A DNA stretch of 64,000 nucleotides from Clostridium sp. 27_14 (lineage in GTDB: Bacteria > Bacillota > Clostridia > TANB77 > CAG-508). Positions 10,233-18,703 of the stretch are shown in pieces; within the stretch, counting starts at the first letter, position 1, and the number at the start of each line of letters is the position of its first letter. The notes below the pieces were generated by a model, which made no database searches, was not told the DNA's origin, and was given only the letters and a program-made list of their open reading frames with translations. Made by a program: the position numbers and the translations under genes. The DNA lies in the NCBI GenBank assembly GCA_001916035.1, contig MNRQ01000022.1, positions 24,545 through 88,544 of the forward strand. The letters are read 5' to 3'.

Positions 10233-12203
10233 ATGACAAGAGAAAATGAAAACGGACAAGAAAAAAATGAAAGTGTAAAAAGAAATACAAGAAAAAATGC
10301 TACAGAAGGGAGAGGACGTGCAACAAGAAAAAAAGAACAAAAAATGGTTGAAGGTAAAGGAAATACTGCAAGAACTAGAAGAACTAGGACAACAAGAACA
10401 ACTGAAAAAACTACTAAATTGCCAATAAAAAGAGAAGAAAAGTCAATGATTAGACATAATAAAAAAACAACAAGTTTGGTTAATATACAAAGTGAAGAAA
10501 ATTTACCAATTACATCAAATAAAAAGCATACAGAGATATTTAAAAAATCAAAGTTGAAAATAATTCCATTAGGAGGTTTACATGAAGTAGGTAAAAATAT
10601 AACTGTATTTGAATATGAAGATGAGATAGTAATAGTTGATTGTGGTTTATCTTTCCCAGAAGATGATATGTTAGGGATAGATTTAGTAATACCAGATATT
10701 ACTTATTTAGAGAGAAATAAGGAAAAAATAAAAGGAATGGTAATAACACATGGGCATGAAGATCATATAGGAAGTATACCTTATTTTCTAAGACAGATTA
10801 ATGTACCAATTTATGCTACAAAATTGACAATTGGTTTAATAAAAAATAAATTGGAAGAACATAAATTATTAAGAAGTACAAAATTAGTAGAAGTAACTCC
10901 TGGTCAAACAATATTATTAGGAGAGAAATTTAAAGTTGAGTTTATAAGAAGTACACATAGTATTCCAGATTCAGTTATGCTAGCTATAACTACACCAGTT
11001 GGAACAGTTTTGCATACAGGTGACTTTAAAGTAGATTATACTCCAATTGATGGAAAAATGATGGATTTTGGTAGAATTGCAGAATTAGGGAATAAAGGTA
11101 TATTGGCTTTGATGGCTGATAGTACAAATGCTGAAAGAAAAGGCTTTACAATGTCTGAGAGTTCTGTAGGAGAAGTTTTTGATAAATTATTTATACATTG
11201 TACAAAAAGAATCGTTGTAGCTACATTTGCTTCAAATGTACACAGAGTTCAACAAATTGTTAACAGTGCTGTAAAATATGGAAGAAAAATTGCTGTATGT
11301 GGTAGAAGCATGATAAATATGATAACTACAGCAAGAGCTTTGGGATATATAGATTGTCCAGAAGATTTGTTTATAGATATTGATCAAATAAACACATATA
11401 ATGATGAACAATTAGTTATAATTACTACAGGAAGCCAGGGAGAACCAATGTCTGCTTTAACAAGAATGGCGGCAGGTGATCATAGAAAAGTAAAAATAAC
11501 ACCAAATGATTTGGTAATAATATCTGCAAATCCAATTCCAGGAAATGAAAAGTTTGTATCTAAAGTTATTGATGATTTGATGCAGATAGGTGCAGAGGTT
11601 GTTTATAGTGCTTTGGCAGATGTTCATGTATCTGGACATGCTTGCCAAGAAGAGCAAAAATTAATTTTAGCTTTAGCTAAACCTAAATATTTTATACCAG
11701 TGCATGGTGAGTATAGACAATTAATAGCTCATGGTGAAACTGCAGCTGATATGGGAATAGAAGCAAAAAATATTTTTTATATGTCAAATGGTAGGACATT
11801 AGAACTTGATGAAGATGATGCTAAATTTACTGGTAGTGTACCAAGTGGCAGAGTATTAGTTGATGGTTTAGGTGTTGGAGATGTTGGTAATATAGTTTTA
11901 AGAGATAGACAACATTTGTCACAAGATGGTTTGATAGTTATTGTTTTAACTATGGATTCTAATTCTGGTGAGGTTGTTGCTGGTCCAGATGTTATTTCTA
12001 GAGGTTTTGTTTATGTTAGAGAGTCTGAAAATTTGATGGATGACGTTAAGTCAGTTGTTAGACATGAGATTAGTAAATGTGAACAAAGGGGTATTCGTGA
12101 TTGGTCAACTATAAAGTCAACTGTTAGAGAAAATTTAAGAGATTATATATTTATGAAAACTAAGAGAAATCCAATGATTATTCCTATTATTATGGAAGTG
12201 TAG
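10233..12203 (+). CDS. rnj: Ribonuclease J with about 100-aa basic N-terminal extension
   Basis: IIPLGGLHEVGKNITVFEYEDEIVIVDCG and HGHEDHIG (MBL motif) plus beta-CASP and C-terminal domain. ATG at 10233 has the organism-typical RBS GGAAAGGAATGTGATAAAAT. A canonical shorter start (TTG about 10554, MKIIPLGG) is also possible. Confidence 0.88.
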   Translation: MTRENENGQEKNESVKRNTRKNATEGRGRATRKKEQKMVEGKGNTARTRRTRTTRTTEKTTKLPIKREEKSMIRHNKKTTSLVNIQSEENLPITSNKKHTEIFKKSKLKIIPLGGLHEVGKNITVFEYEDEIVIVDCGLSFPEDDMLGIDLVIPDITYLERNKEKIKGMVITHGHEDHIGSIPYFLRQINVPIYATKLTIGLIKNKLEEHKLLRSTKLVEVTPGQTILLGEKFKVEFIRSTHSIPDSVMLAITTPVGTVLHTGDFKVDYTPIDGKMMDFGRIAELGNKGILALMADSTNAERKGFTMSESSVGEVFDKLFIHCTKRIVVATFASNVHRVQQIVNSAVKYGRKIAVCGRSMINMITTARALGYIDCPEDLFIDIDQINTYNDEQLVIITTGSQGEPMSALTRMAAGDHRKVKITPNDLVIISANPIPGNEKFVSKVIDDLMQIGAEVVYSALADVHVSGHACQEEQKLILALAKPKYFIPVHGEYRQLIAHGETAADMGIEAKNIFYMSNGRTLELDEDDAKFTGSVPSGRVLVDGLGVGDVGNIVLRDRQHLSQDGLIVIVLTMDSNSGEVVAGPDVISRGFVYVRESENLMDDVKSVVRHEISKCEQRGIRDWSTIKSTVRENLRDYIFMKTKRNPMIIPIIMEV

Positions 12204-12277
12204 AAAAATAAAGAAAGGAATAAATAGGAAAATAGTTGAGCTTTTTTGATGATAGTATAAAAAATTATATAAAAGTG

Positions 12278-12306
12278 TTTACAAATAGTAAAAATTCTAG
12301 TATAAT
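12278..12306 (+). promoter_or_regulatory. Sigma-A-like promoter facing the bidirectional terminator (candidate antisense/antitoxin RNA promoter)
   Basis: TTTACA, 17-nt spacer, TATAAT. Transcript would run about 12313 to 12440, ending at the hairpin. Confidence 0.5.
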
Positions 12307-12389
12307 ATACGAGAAGAAATGAGATATACAAATTTAAAATAATTTAAATGAATATCATTTCTAACGAGAAGTTTAAATAATTTTTTCAT
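12297..12389 (-). CDS. Small ORF, 30 aa, MKKLFKLLVRNDIHLNYFKFVYLISSRILY (no RBS; paralogous to neighbouring peptide)
   Basis: Found by manual reverse-complement translation. N-terminus lies inside the 40-bp direct repeat copy. Lies antisense to the plus-strand transcript. Confidence 0.25.
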   Translation of the reverse strand: MKKLFKLLVRNDIHLNYFKFVYLISSRILY

Positions 12390-12404
12390 TAATGTGAAAA
12401 TGAT

Positions 12405-12441
12405 AAAAAATACTAGAGTCTGCAAACTCTAGTATTTTTTA
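12405..12441. terminator. Bidirectional intrinsic terminator
   Basis: aaaaatactagagt ctgcaa actctagtattttt. Perfect 14-bp stem with A-run upstream and T-run downstream. Confidence 0.7.
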
Positions 12442-12450
12442 CTTTATGTG

Positions 12451-12528
12451 TTATTCAAACATATTTAAGATATCTTTAATAGTTTTTAAAACATAAAGTT
12501 TAACGAAAAGTTTAATTATTTTTTTCAT
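12451..12528 (-). CDS. Small ORF, 25 aa cationic amphipathic peptide MKKIIKLFVKLYVLKTIKDILNMFE (candidate type I toxin)
   Basis: Strong RBS GAAAGGAGG 12 nt upstream of ATG on minus strand. An anti-SD CCTCC lies in the leader. Own promoter at 12583-12611. Ends at the shared terminator. Confidence 0.4.
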   Translation of the reverse strand: MKKIIKLFVKLYVLKTIKDILNMFE

Positions 12529-12582
12529 TAGTGTTTGTTACCTCCTTTCTATAAGGATTGGAGGAATTGAAATGACAAAAAC

Positions 12583-12611
12583 ATTATACTATGGGTTAGA
12601 AAAACAATCAA
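12583..12611 (-). promoter_or_regulatory. Sigma-A-like promoter for small peptide mRNA (minus strand)
   Basis: On minus strand: TTGATT, 17-nt spacer, TATAAT. Confidence 0.5.
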
Positions 12612-12704
12612 TAGAAAAAATGTATTATTAGATGAAATGGAAAATAAGTGGAAAATAAGTGGAAAATATAATAAAAAGTATTTTTATGAAAGGATGGAGT
12701 AAAA

Positions 12705-14366
12705 ATGGATTATAAAGAGTTAGCAAATTTAATATTTCCAGATGCAAAACCAATAAGTTATTATGAAGAAAAATATCCAGAAAGAAAATTAGAAGAGGGA
12801 GCAATAGTAACTAGATTTGCTCCAAGTCCAACAGGAGTAATGCATATAGGTGGATTATATCAAGGACTAATAGCAAAGAAATTAGCTGAACAAACACAAG
12901 GAGTATTTTTCTTAAGAATAGAAGATACAGATCAAAAAAGAGAAGTAGAAAATGGAATAAAAGGAATTGTTGAGTCATTAAAAGATTTTGATATAGAACC
13001 AGATGAAGGGATGACATCAGAAACAGAAGAAAAAGGAGAGTATGGACCATATAAACAAAGTTTGAGGAAAGAAATATATCAGGCTTATGCAAAATATTTA
13101 ATAGAACAAGGTAAAGCATATCCATGTTTTTGTTCACAAGAAGAATTAAATCAAATAAGAGAAAAACAAGAAGCAGCAAAGATAAGACCTGGATATTATG
13201 GAATATGGGCCAAGTGTAGAGGTCTAACTGTTGAAGAGATGGCGAAAAAAATAGAGTCTGGGGAAGATTGTATAATACGTTTAAAATCACCAGGGAGAGA
13301 AGATAGAAAAATAAAACATAAAGATGTAATAAAAGGTAATGTAGAATTTCCTGAAAATGACCAAGATGTAGTAATAATAAAAGCAGATGGGTTACCAACA
13401 TATCATTTTGCTCATGCTGTTGATGATCATTTAATGCATACAACTCATGTAATAAGAGGTGATGAATGGTTATCATCTGTACCATTACATTTACAATTAT
13501 TCCAAGTTTTAGGATTTAAAGCTCCTAAGTATGCACATATTGCACCAATAATGAAAAATGATGATGGAAATAAACGTAAATTAAGTAAAAGGAAAGATCC
13601 AGAAGCAGCAGTTAGTTATTATGCTGAACAAGGTATTCCTAAAGAAGCAGTAAAAGAATATTTGTTGAATATTGCTAATTCTACATTTGAAAACTGGAGA
13701 AGAGCTAATCCATATAAAGGAATAGAAGAGTTTGATTTACAATTAAATAAGATGAGTGTTAGTGGAGCTTTATTTGATATGGTAAAACTTTTAGATGTGT
13801 CAAAAATAGTAATATCAAAGATGTCAGCTGATGATGTTTATAGTAGTTCTTTAGATTGGGCTAAGAAACAAGATGAGGAATTAGCAAATTTATTAGAAAA
13901 TCGAAAAGAATATTCTTTAAAAGTATTTGGAATAGAAAGAGGCAATAAAAAACCAAGAAAAGATATTTCAAAATGGTCAGATGTTAAAGAAAATATTTCT
14001 TATATGTATGATGAATTATTTGAGAAAGATAATAGTGAATATCAATATCAAGTTATAAATGATAAAGATGATATTAGAAGAATATTAGACTTATATGTTT
14101 CTAAATATTATAATTTTGAAGATGATAAACAAACTTGGTTTGATAAAATAAAAGAACTTGCTGGAGAAATGGGTTATGCAAAAGAAGTGAAAGAGTTTAA
14201 AGCAAATCCAGGTGTATATAAAGCTCATGTTGGTGATGTTAGTACAGTGTTGAGAGTGGCTTTGACTAAAAGAACAAATACACCAGATATGTATGAAATT
14301 ATGCAGGTTTTGGGCAAAGATGTAATTGAATCTCGTTTTGAAATAGCAAAGGAAAATTTGAAATAA
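12705..14366 (+). CDS. gltX: Glutamate--tRNA ligase (class I, HIGG / KLSKR motifs)
   Basis: RFAPSPTGVMHIGG...FLRIEDTDQKRE and RKLSKRKD. GluRS-type rather than GlnRS-type motifs. Confidence 0.85.
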   Translation: MDYKELANLIFPDAKPISYYEEKYPERKLEEGAIVTRFAPSPTGVMHIGGLYQGLIAKKLAEQTQGVFFLRIEDTDQKREVENGIKGIVESLKDFDIEPDEGMTSETEEKGEYGPYKQSLRKEIYQAYAKYLIEQGKAYPCFCSQEELNQIREKQEAAKIRPGYYGIWAKCRGLTVEEMAKKIESGEDCIIRLKSPGREDRKIKHKDVIKGNVEFPENDQDVVIIKADGLPTYHFAHAVDDHLMHTTHVIRGDEWLSSVPLHLQLFQVLGFKAPKYAHIAPIMKNDDGNKRKLSKRKDPEAAVSYYAEQGIPKEAVKEYLLNIANSTFENWRRANPYKGIEEFDLQLNKMSVSGALFDMVKLLDVSKIVISKMSADDVYSSSLDWAKKQDEELANLLENRKEYSLKVFGIERGNKKPRKDISKWSDVKENISYMYDELFEKDNSEYQYQVINDKDDIRRILDLYVSKYYNFEDDKQTWFDKIKELAGEMGYAKEVKEFKANPGVYKAHVGDVSTVLRVALTKRTNTPDMYEIMQVLGKDVIESRFEIAKENLK

Positions 14367-14450
14367 CTAAGGCTATGTTTTTAGTTTTGATGTATTTAGT
14401 TAAAATGTTTTGCTAAGAGTAAAAGAAATTAAATATAAAAGGATGATATT

Positions 14451-14630
14451 ATGGAGTATGAGATTGGTGATATTGTAAGAACTAAGAAACAACATCCTTG
14501 TGGGAGTAAATTGTGGGAAATTACAAGAGTTGGTGTTGATTTTAAATTAAAATGTCAAGGCTGTGGGCATGTGGTAGTTTTGGAGAGACAGAAGGCTTTG
14601 AAAATGATTACAAAAAAGGTAACAAATTGA
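14451..14630 (+). CDS. DUF951-family small protein (CxxC...CxxC)
   Basis: MEYEIGDIVRTKKQHPCGSKLWEITRVGVDFKLKCQGCGHVVVLERQ. 59 aa, below the ORF-track cutoff. Pattern typical of Firmicutes DUF951. Confidence 0.6.
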   Translation: MEYEIGDIVRTKKQHPCGSKLWEITRVGVDFKLKCQGCGHVVVLERQKALKMITKKVTN

Positions 14631-14691
14631 CAAAATTTTAATAAGATATACTAATAGTATTTATTTAATACTATGTAGGAGGTGACTTTGT

Positions 14692-14970
14692 ATGGAGCCA
14701 CAAGAAAAAGTATGTTGTTATGATAATACAAGACATGGTTGTGAATACAAAGAAGAAAATAAGAAAAATTGTTTAGGAATAATAGCAACAATATTGCTTG
14801 CAGCATTTACAACTGTAATTGGAATAATATTGGGAGCATCATTAGCAGGAACATTTTTAGATGCTTTAGCAGCAATTATAGTATTAGCAGTTGTTTTGGG
14901 ATTATTTTTGATTTTAACAATTATATTATTGATTTGTAAGAAAAATAAAAAACATCATTGTTGTAGATAG
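14692..14970 (+). CDS. Small Cys-rich membrane protein (CC...C...C N-terminus, two TM helices, HHCC C-terminus)
   Basis: RBS GTAGGAGGTG precedes it. Hydrophobic core ATILLAAFTTVIGIILGASLAG... Followed immediately by repeat copy E. Confidence 0.4.
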   Translation: MEPQEKVCCYDNTRHGCEYKEENKKNCLGIIATILLAAFTTVIGIILGASLAGTFLDALAAIIVLAVVLGLFLILTIILLICKKNKKHHCCR

Positions 14971-14974
14971 ATAA

Positions 14975-15122
14975 GAACAAAAGCGGACATTAAAAACATT
15001 GGCACTTATTAGAACATTTTAAAGTCCGCGTCTTTGTTCTCGCGCGAAATTTGCAAAGCAAATTTCTGTGCATTATTATATTTTCTATTCTAGGAAGTTC
15101 GGAGAACTTTCCTAGAATAGAA
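14975..15122. repeat. Repeat family 1 copy E (full unit, inverted orientation)
   Basis: GAACAAAAGCGGAC...GTCCGCGTCTTTGTTC. Then tcgcgcgaaatttgcaaagcaaatttctgtgca. Then ttctattctaggaagttcggagaactttcctagaatagaa. Confidence 0.8.
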
Positions 15123-15180
15123 AAAAGAACTTTGTAAAATTAATATTTTATAATGTTCTTTTTTTTGGATTTATATTATT

Positions 15181-15783
15181 TTAAGAGTTGAAATTCTCTA
15201 AAAAGTCCCATACTGCTTCACTATAGTTTTTTCTTTCAGATGAAAATGGTAGAGTGGTAATATCTAGCATAGGATTTAGAAATTGTTGGATTTTTTTTAC
15301 TTCAGTGTCTACTTTTGTTATTGCAATTTTGTCAGCTTTATTTGCTAAGATTAGGCAAGGTAAACCTGCACGAATAATGTAGTCATACATTAATTTATCA
15401 TTAGCTGTGGGGGTATGTCTAATGTCTACTAGAAAAATAACTAATGTTATTTGTTCACGATGTTGTAAATAGTATTCTATAAAATTACCTACTTGTTCTT
15501 GTTCTTTTTTTGACATTTTGCTGTAGCCATAACCTGGAAGATCAACAAAGTAAAATAGGTTGTCCATATTATAAAAATTTATTTGACGTGTTTTTCCTGG
15601 TTCACTACTTGTTCTGGCTAGCTTTTTTCTGTTAATCATAGTGTTTATAAAACTTGATTTTCCTACATTTGATTTTCCTACTAGTACGATTTCTGGTAAG
15701 TTATTTTTTGGATATTGTTTTGGACTAACAGCAGATATTTCGAATTTTGGATCTTTTATAATCATATATTTTATTCCTTTCAT
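15181..15783 (-). CDS. engB: Ribosome biogenesis GTP-binding protein EngB/YsxC
   Basis: GKSNVGKSSFINTMINRKKLARTSSEPGKTRQINFY and DLPGYGY motifs. Confidence 0.9.
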   Translation of the reverse strand: MKGIKYMIIKDPKFEISAVSPKQYPKNNLPEIVLVGKSNVGKSSFINTMINRKKLARTSSEPGKTRQINFYNMDNLFYFVDLPGYGYSKMSKKEQEQVGNFIEYYLQHREQITLVIFLVDIRHTPTANDKLMYDYIIRAGLPCLILANKADKIAITKVDTEVKKIQQFLNPMLDITTLPFSSERKNYSEAVWDFLENFNS

Positions 15784-15880
15784 TTAATATAAAAGTCTTT
15801 TGCTATGTGCACAAAAGACTTTATATTAGTAATTTTTTTAGATTTATTCTATTTGATTTTAGTGTTATAATTTGGTTATA

Positions 15881-17170
15881 TTAATTTTTTGGTGTTATTT
15901 TTTCTATTCCACCCATATAAGGTCTTAGGACTTCTGGAATAGTGATACTACCATCTTCATTGTAGTTGTTTTCAATAACTGCAATTAGACCTCTAGGAGT
16001 TGCAACAACTGTGTTGTTTAGTGTATGTACAAAATAAGTTCCATTTTCTCCTTTAGCTCTAATTCCTAAACGTCTAGCTTGGGCATCACCTAAGGTAGAA
16101 CAACTGCAAACTTCAAAATATTTTTGTTGTCTTGGACTCCATGCTTCTATGTCACAAGATTTTACTTTTAAGTCTGCTAAGTCTCCTGAGCAACAGTCAA
16201 GTTGTCTTACAGGTACATTGAAATTTCTGAATAAGTCAACACTTAATTTCCACATTTTGTTGTACCAATTCATAGATTCTTCTGGTTCACAAAGGACAAT
16301 CATTTCTTGTTTTTCGAATTGATGTACACGATATAAACCTCTTTCTTCTAGTCCATGTGAACCTATTTCTTTTCTGAAACAAGGTGAGTAAGATGTCATT
16401 GTGATTGGTAAGTCTGATTTTTTGATTATTTGGTCTTTAAATTTACCTATCATTGAGTGTTCAGATGTACCAATTAAAAATAAATCTTCTCCTTCAATTT
16501 TATACATCATTGCATCCATCTCTTCAAAACTCATAACACCATTTACAACATCAGAACGAATCATGAATGGTGGAATGCAATAAGTAAAGCCATTATTAAT
16601 CATATAGTCTCTTGCATAGGCAAGCATTGCTTCATGTAGTCTAGCTATGTCTCCAATTAGGTAATAAAATCCCATACCGCTTGTTCGTCCAGCACTTTCT
16701 TTGTCTAGTCCGTTAAAACGATTTATAATATCTGCGTGATGTGGAATTTCATAGTCTGGTACTTTAGGTTCACCAAATCTTTGTACCTCTACATTTTCAG
16801 AGTCGTCTTTTCCAATAGGAACACTGGCATCCATAATATTAGGGATTTTCATCATTTTTTCTTTTATTTGCTCAGTGTATTCTGTTTCTAATTTTTCATT
16901 TTTATCAAGTTCTTCATTGATTTTTTGAACTTGTTGCTTAATTTTTTCTGCTTCTTCTTTTTGACCATTTTTCATAAGTCCACCTATTTGTGCACTTAAA
17001 CTTTTTCTTTCTGATCTTAAATTGTCTCCATTTAATTTTACTTCTCTATTTTTTTTGTCTAATTCTATAACTTCATCAACTAATACTAATTTTTGTTCTT
17101 GAAATTTGTTTTTAATATTTTCTTTTACAATATCAGGGTTTTCTCTTAAAAATTTAATGTCTATCATATA
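15881..17170 (-). CDS. serS: Serine--tRNA ligase
   Basis: MIDIKFLRENPDIVKENIKNKF... coiled-coil N-terminus and class II core. Start taken at MIDIKF. Confidence 0.9.
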   Translation of the reverse strand, partial: YMIDIKFLRENPDIVKENIKNKFQEQKLVLVDEVIELDKKNREVKLNGDNLRSERKSLSAQIGGLMKNGQKEEAEKIKQQVQKINEELDKNEKLETEYTEQIKEKMMKIPNIMDASVPIGKDDSENVEVQRFGEPKVPDYEIPHHADIINRFNGLDKESAGRTSGMGFYYLIGDIARLHEAMLAYARDYMINNGFTYCIPPFMIRSDVVNGVMSFEEMDAMMYKIEGEDLFLIGTSEHSMIGKFKDQIIKKSDLPITMTSYSPCFRKEIGSHGLEERGLYRVHQFEKQEMIVLCEPEESMNWYNKMWKLSVDLFRNFNVPVRQLDCCSGDLADLKVKSCDIEAWSPRQQKYFEVCSCSTLGDAQARRLGIRAKGENGTYFVHTLNNTVVATPRGLIAVIENNYNEDGSITIPEVLRPYMGGIEKITPKN

Positions 17171-17435
17171 TTTCTTCCTTTCTTTTTTGTGTATCAAAAT
17201 CATTAACTAGCTCAAAACGTGATTTTTGACCAGTTATATTGTCAGGTCTTTCTGGTATTTGTTCTAAAAACATTTTTTCAGGTCTTATCCAAAGTGAACG
17301 ACCGTCTTCTCTGTCATATAGAGGTTTATAAACAACCATTCTTTCTTGTGTTTCCGAGTCATAAGCAATGTCTTCTACAAAATAATAATTTCCTTTAAAA
17401 TGGCGGTAAACTTTTCCTATTTTTACTGTATCCAT
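17154..17435 (-). CDS. DUF1653 domain protein
   Basis: IGKVYRHFKGNYYFVEDIAYDSETQERMVVYKPLY is the DUF1653 signature. Confidence 0.7.
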   Translation of the reverse strand: MDTVKIGKVYRHFKGNYYFVEDIAYDSETQERMVVYKPLYDREDGRSLWIRPEKMFLEQIPERPDNITGQKSRFELVNDFDTQKRKEEIYDRH

Positions 17436-17644
17436 TATTAAAAACCTCCTTATAATAATTTGAATAGTCTAATTATACAACATTTTCTAATAAATGGCAA
17501 CAAATTGGGTAAAATAAAAAAAGAAACCTGTTGATGCAATTTGATGAAAATAGATATAAATATATTAAAGAGATTTTATTTGTGTTGGTTGTATGAGCAA
17601 AGATAAATGATAATTTTTTTGGATTGAGAGAATAAAAATATGTA

Positions 17645-18526
17645 ATGATTTTTGAAAGTAAAAGGAAAGTGGTGATTTTTTTGTTTTATGAGTTTGTAAA
17701 GTTTGTTATTTATTCTGGTGTGATAGTTTTAATATCAAAATATATTTTGGTTAGAACTTTGAGGAATTTAGCGGAAAATTTGAATTTAAAACCTAAAATG
17801 GTTGGAGATATAGCTGGATATGCTACTTCTGTGCCTGAACTTTTGACAATTTCTGCCTCAAGTATAAGAGGTTTAACTAGTGCAAGTATTTATAATATAT
17901 TAAGTTCAAATATTATAAATTTGGTACAGTATATTGGTTCAATTTTGTTAAATAAAAATAGAAAGGCTTTTGAGAATAAAGCCATAAAAATTGATATAAT
18001 TTTAGTGTTACTTACAATAGCTATTCCTTTATTATTAATGTGGTTAAATATCGAATTAAATATAAAAATTGTTCCAATATTTGTATTACTGTATATTTTG
18101 TTTATTTATATAAATAGTAATGTGCATAAGTTATATTTATCACTACAGGATAGAGAATTAGAGAAAAAAATACAGAAGGAGGGGGAAAGAGAGGCTGGAA
18201 ATACTAGAAAGACTTTGCTATATGTAGTTATTTTAATTGTTACTGGAATTTTGCTGTTTGTTGTTGGTGATTTGCTTGGTGAAACCTTAGAGAATTTGGC
18301 TAGTTTGTTTAATGTTTCAGAAACAATTATTGGTGTTTTGTTAGGGTTTGCAACTAGTATTCCTGAGCTTATAACTTTTTTTGAGGCACAAAAACATTAT
18401 AAAAATCAAAATAGTGATGATATTTTAGGGGTTGTTGAGGCTACAAATAATTTATTGACTTCGAATATTTTAAATTTGTTTGTTATTCAGACAATAGGTA
18501 TTTTGATATATGTAATAGTAAATTGA
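17645..18526 (+). CDS. CaCA-family (sodium/calcium exchanger-like) membrane protein
   Basis: Two alpha-repeat motifs GYATSVPELLT and GFATSIPELITF within a polytopic protein. Confidence 0.6.
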   Translation: MIFESKRKVVIFLFYEFVKFVIYSGVIVLISKYILVRTLRNLAENLNLKPKMVGDIAGYATSVPELLTISASSIRGLTSASIYNILSSNIINLVQYIGSILLNKNRKAFENKAIKIDIILVLLTIAIPLLLMWLNIELNIKIVPIFVLLYILFIYINSNVHKLYLSLQDRELEKKIQKEGEREAGNTRKTLLYVVILIVTGILLFVVGDLLGETLENLASLFNVSETIIGVLLGFATSIPELITFFEAQKHYKNQNSDDILGVVEATNNLLTSNILNLFVIQTIGILIYVIVN

Positions 18527-18703
18527 TTATGAATAGGAAAAATATGAGAAATAAAGAAATGGCATGGTGACCTTATCATAGAATATTCATATAAAGAAAT
18601 GGCAAGGGATTGCTATTTCTTTTAATTTATAGTAAAATATATAAAGCAAAAGTTGAGAATTTGAAGAAAAAGTAAAAACAACAAGAAGAAAGAAAGTGGA
18701 AAA

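Noticed and set aside
12268-12704. T-box or other riboswitch leader for gltX
   Set aside because: The plus-strand promoter plus terminator upstream of gltX could be an attenuator. However, no T-box consensus (GGGTGGNACCGCG), specifier loop or antiterminator alternative structure is visible. The convergent-promoter plus direct-repeat layout fits a type I TA locus better.
15792-15822. Hairpin aaagtcttttg...caaaagacttt between serS and engB as a terminator
   Set aside because: The stem is good. On the minus strand, which is the only transcribed direction here, it lacks a following U-run. It may be a processing site or a weak terminator. Not called.
17436-17644. T-box leader upstream of serS / DUF1653
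   Set aside because: No GGGTGG/ACCGCG T-box sequence or conserved stem I features were seen on the minus strand in this interval.
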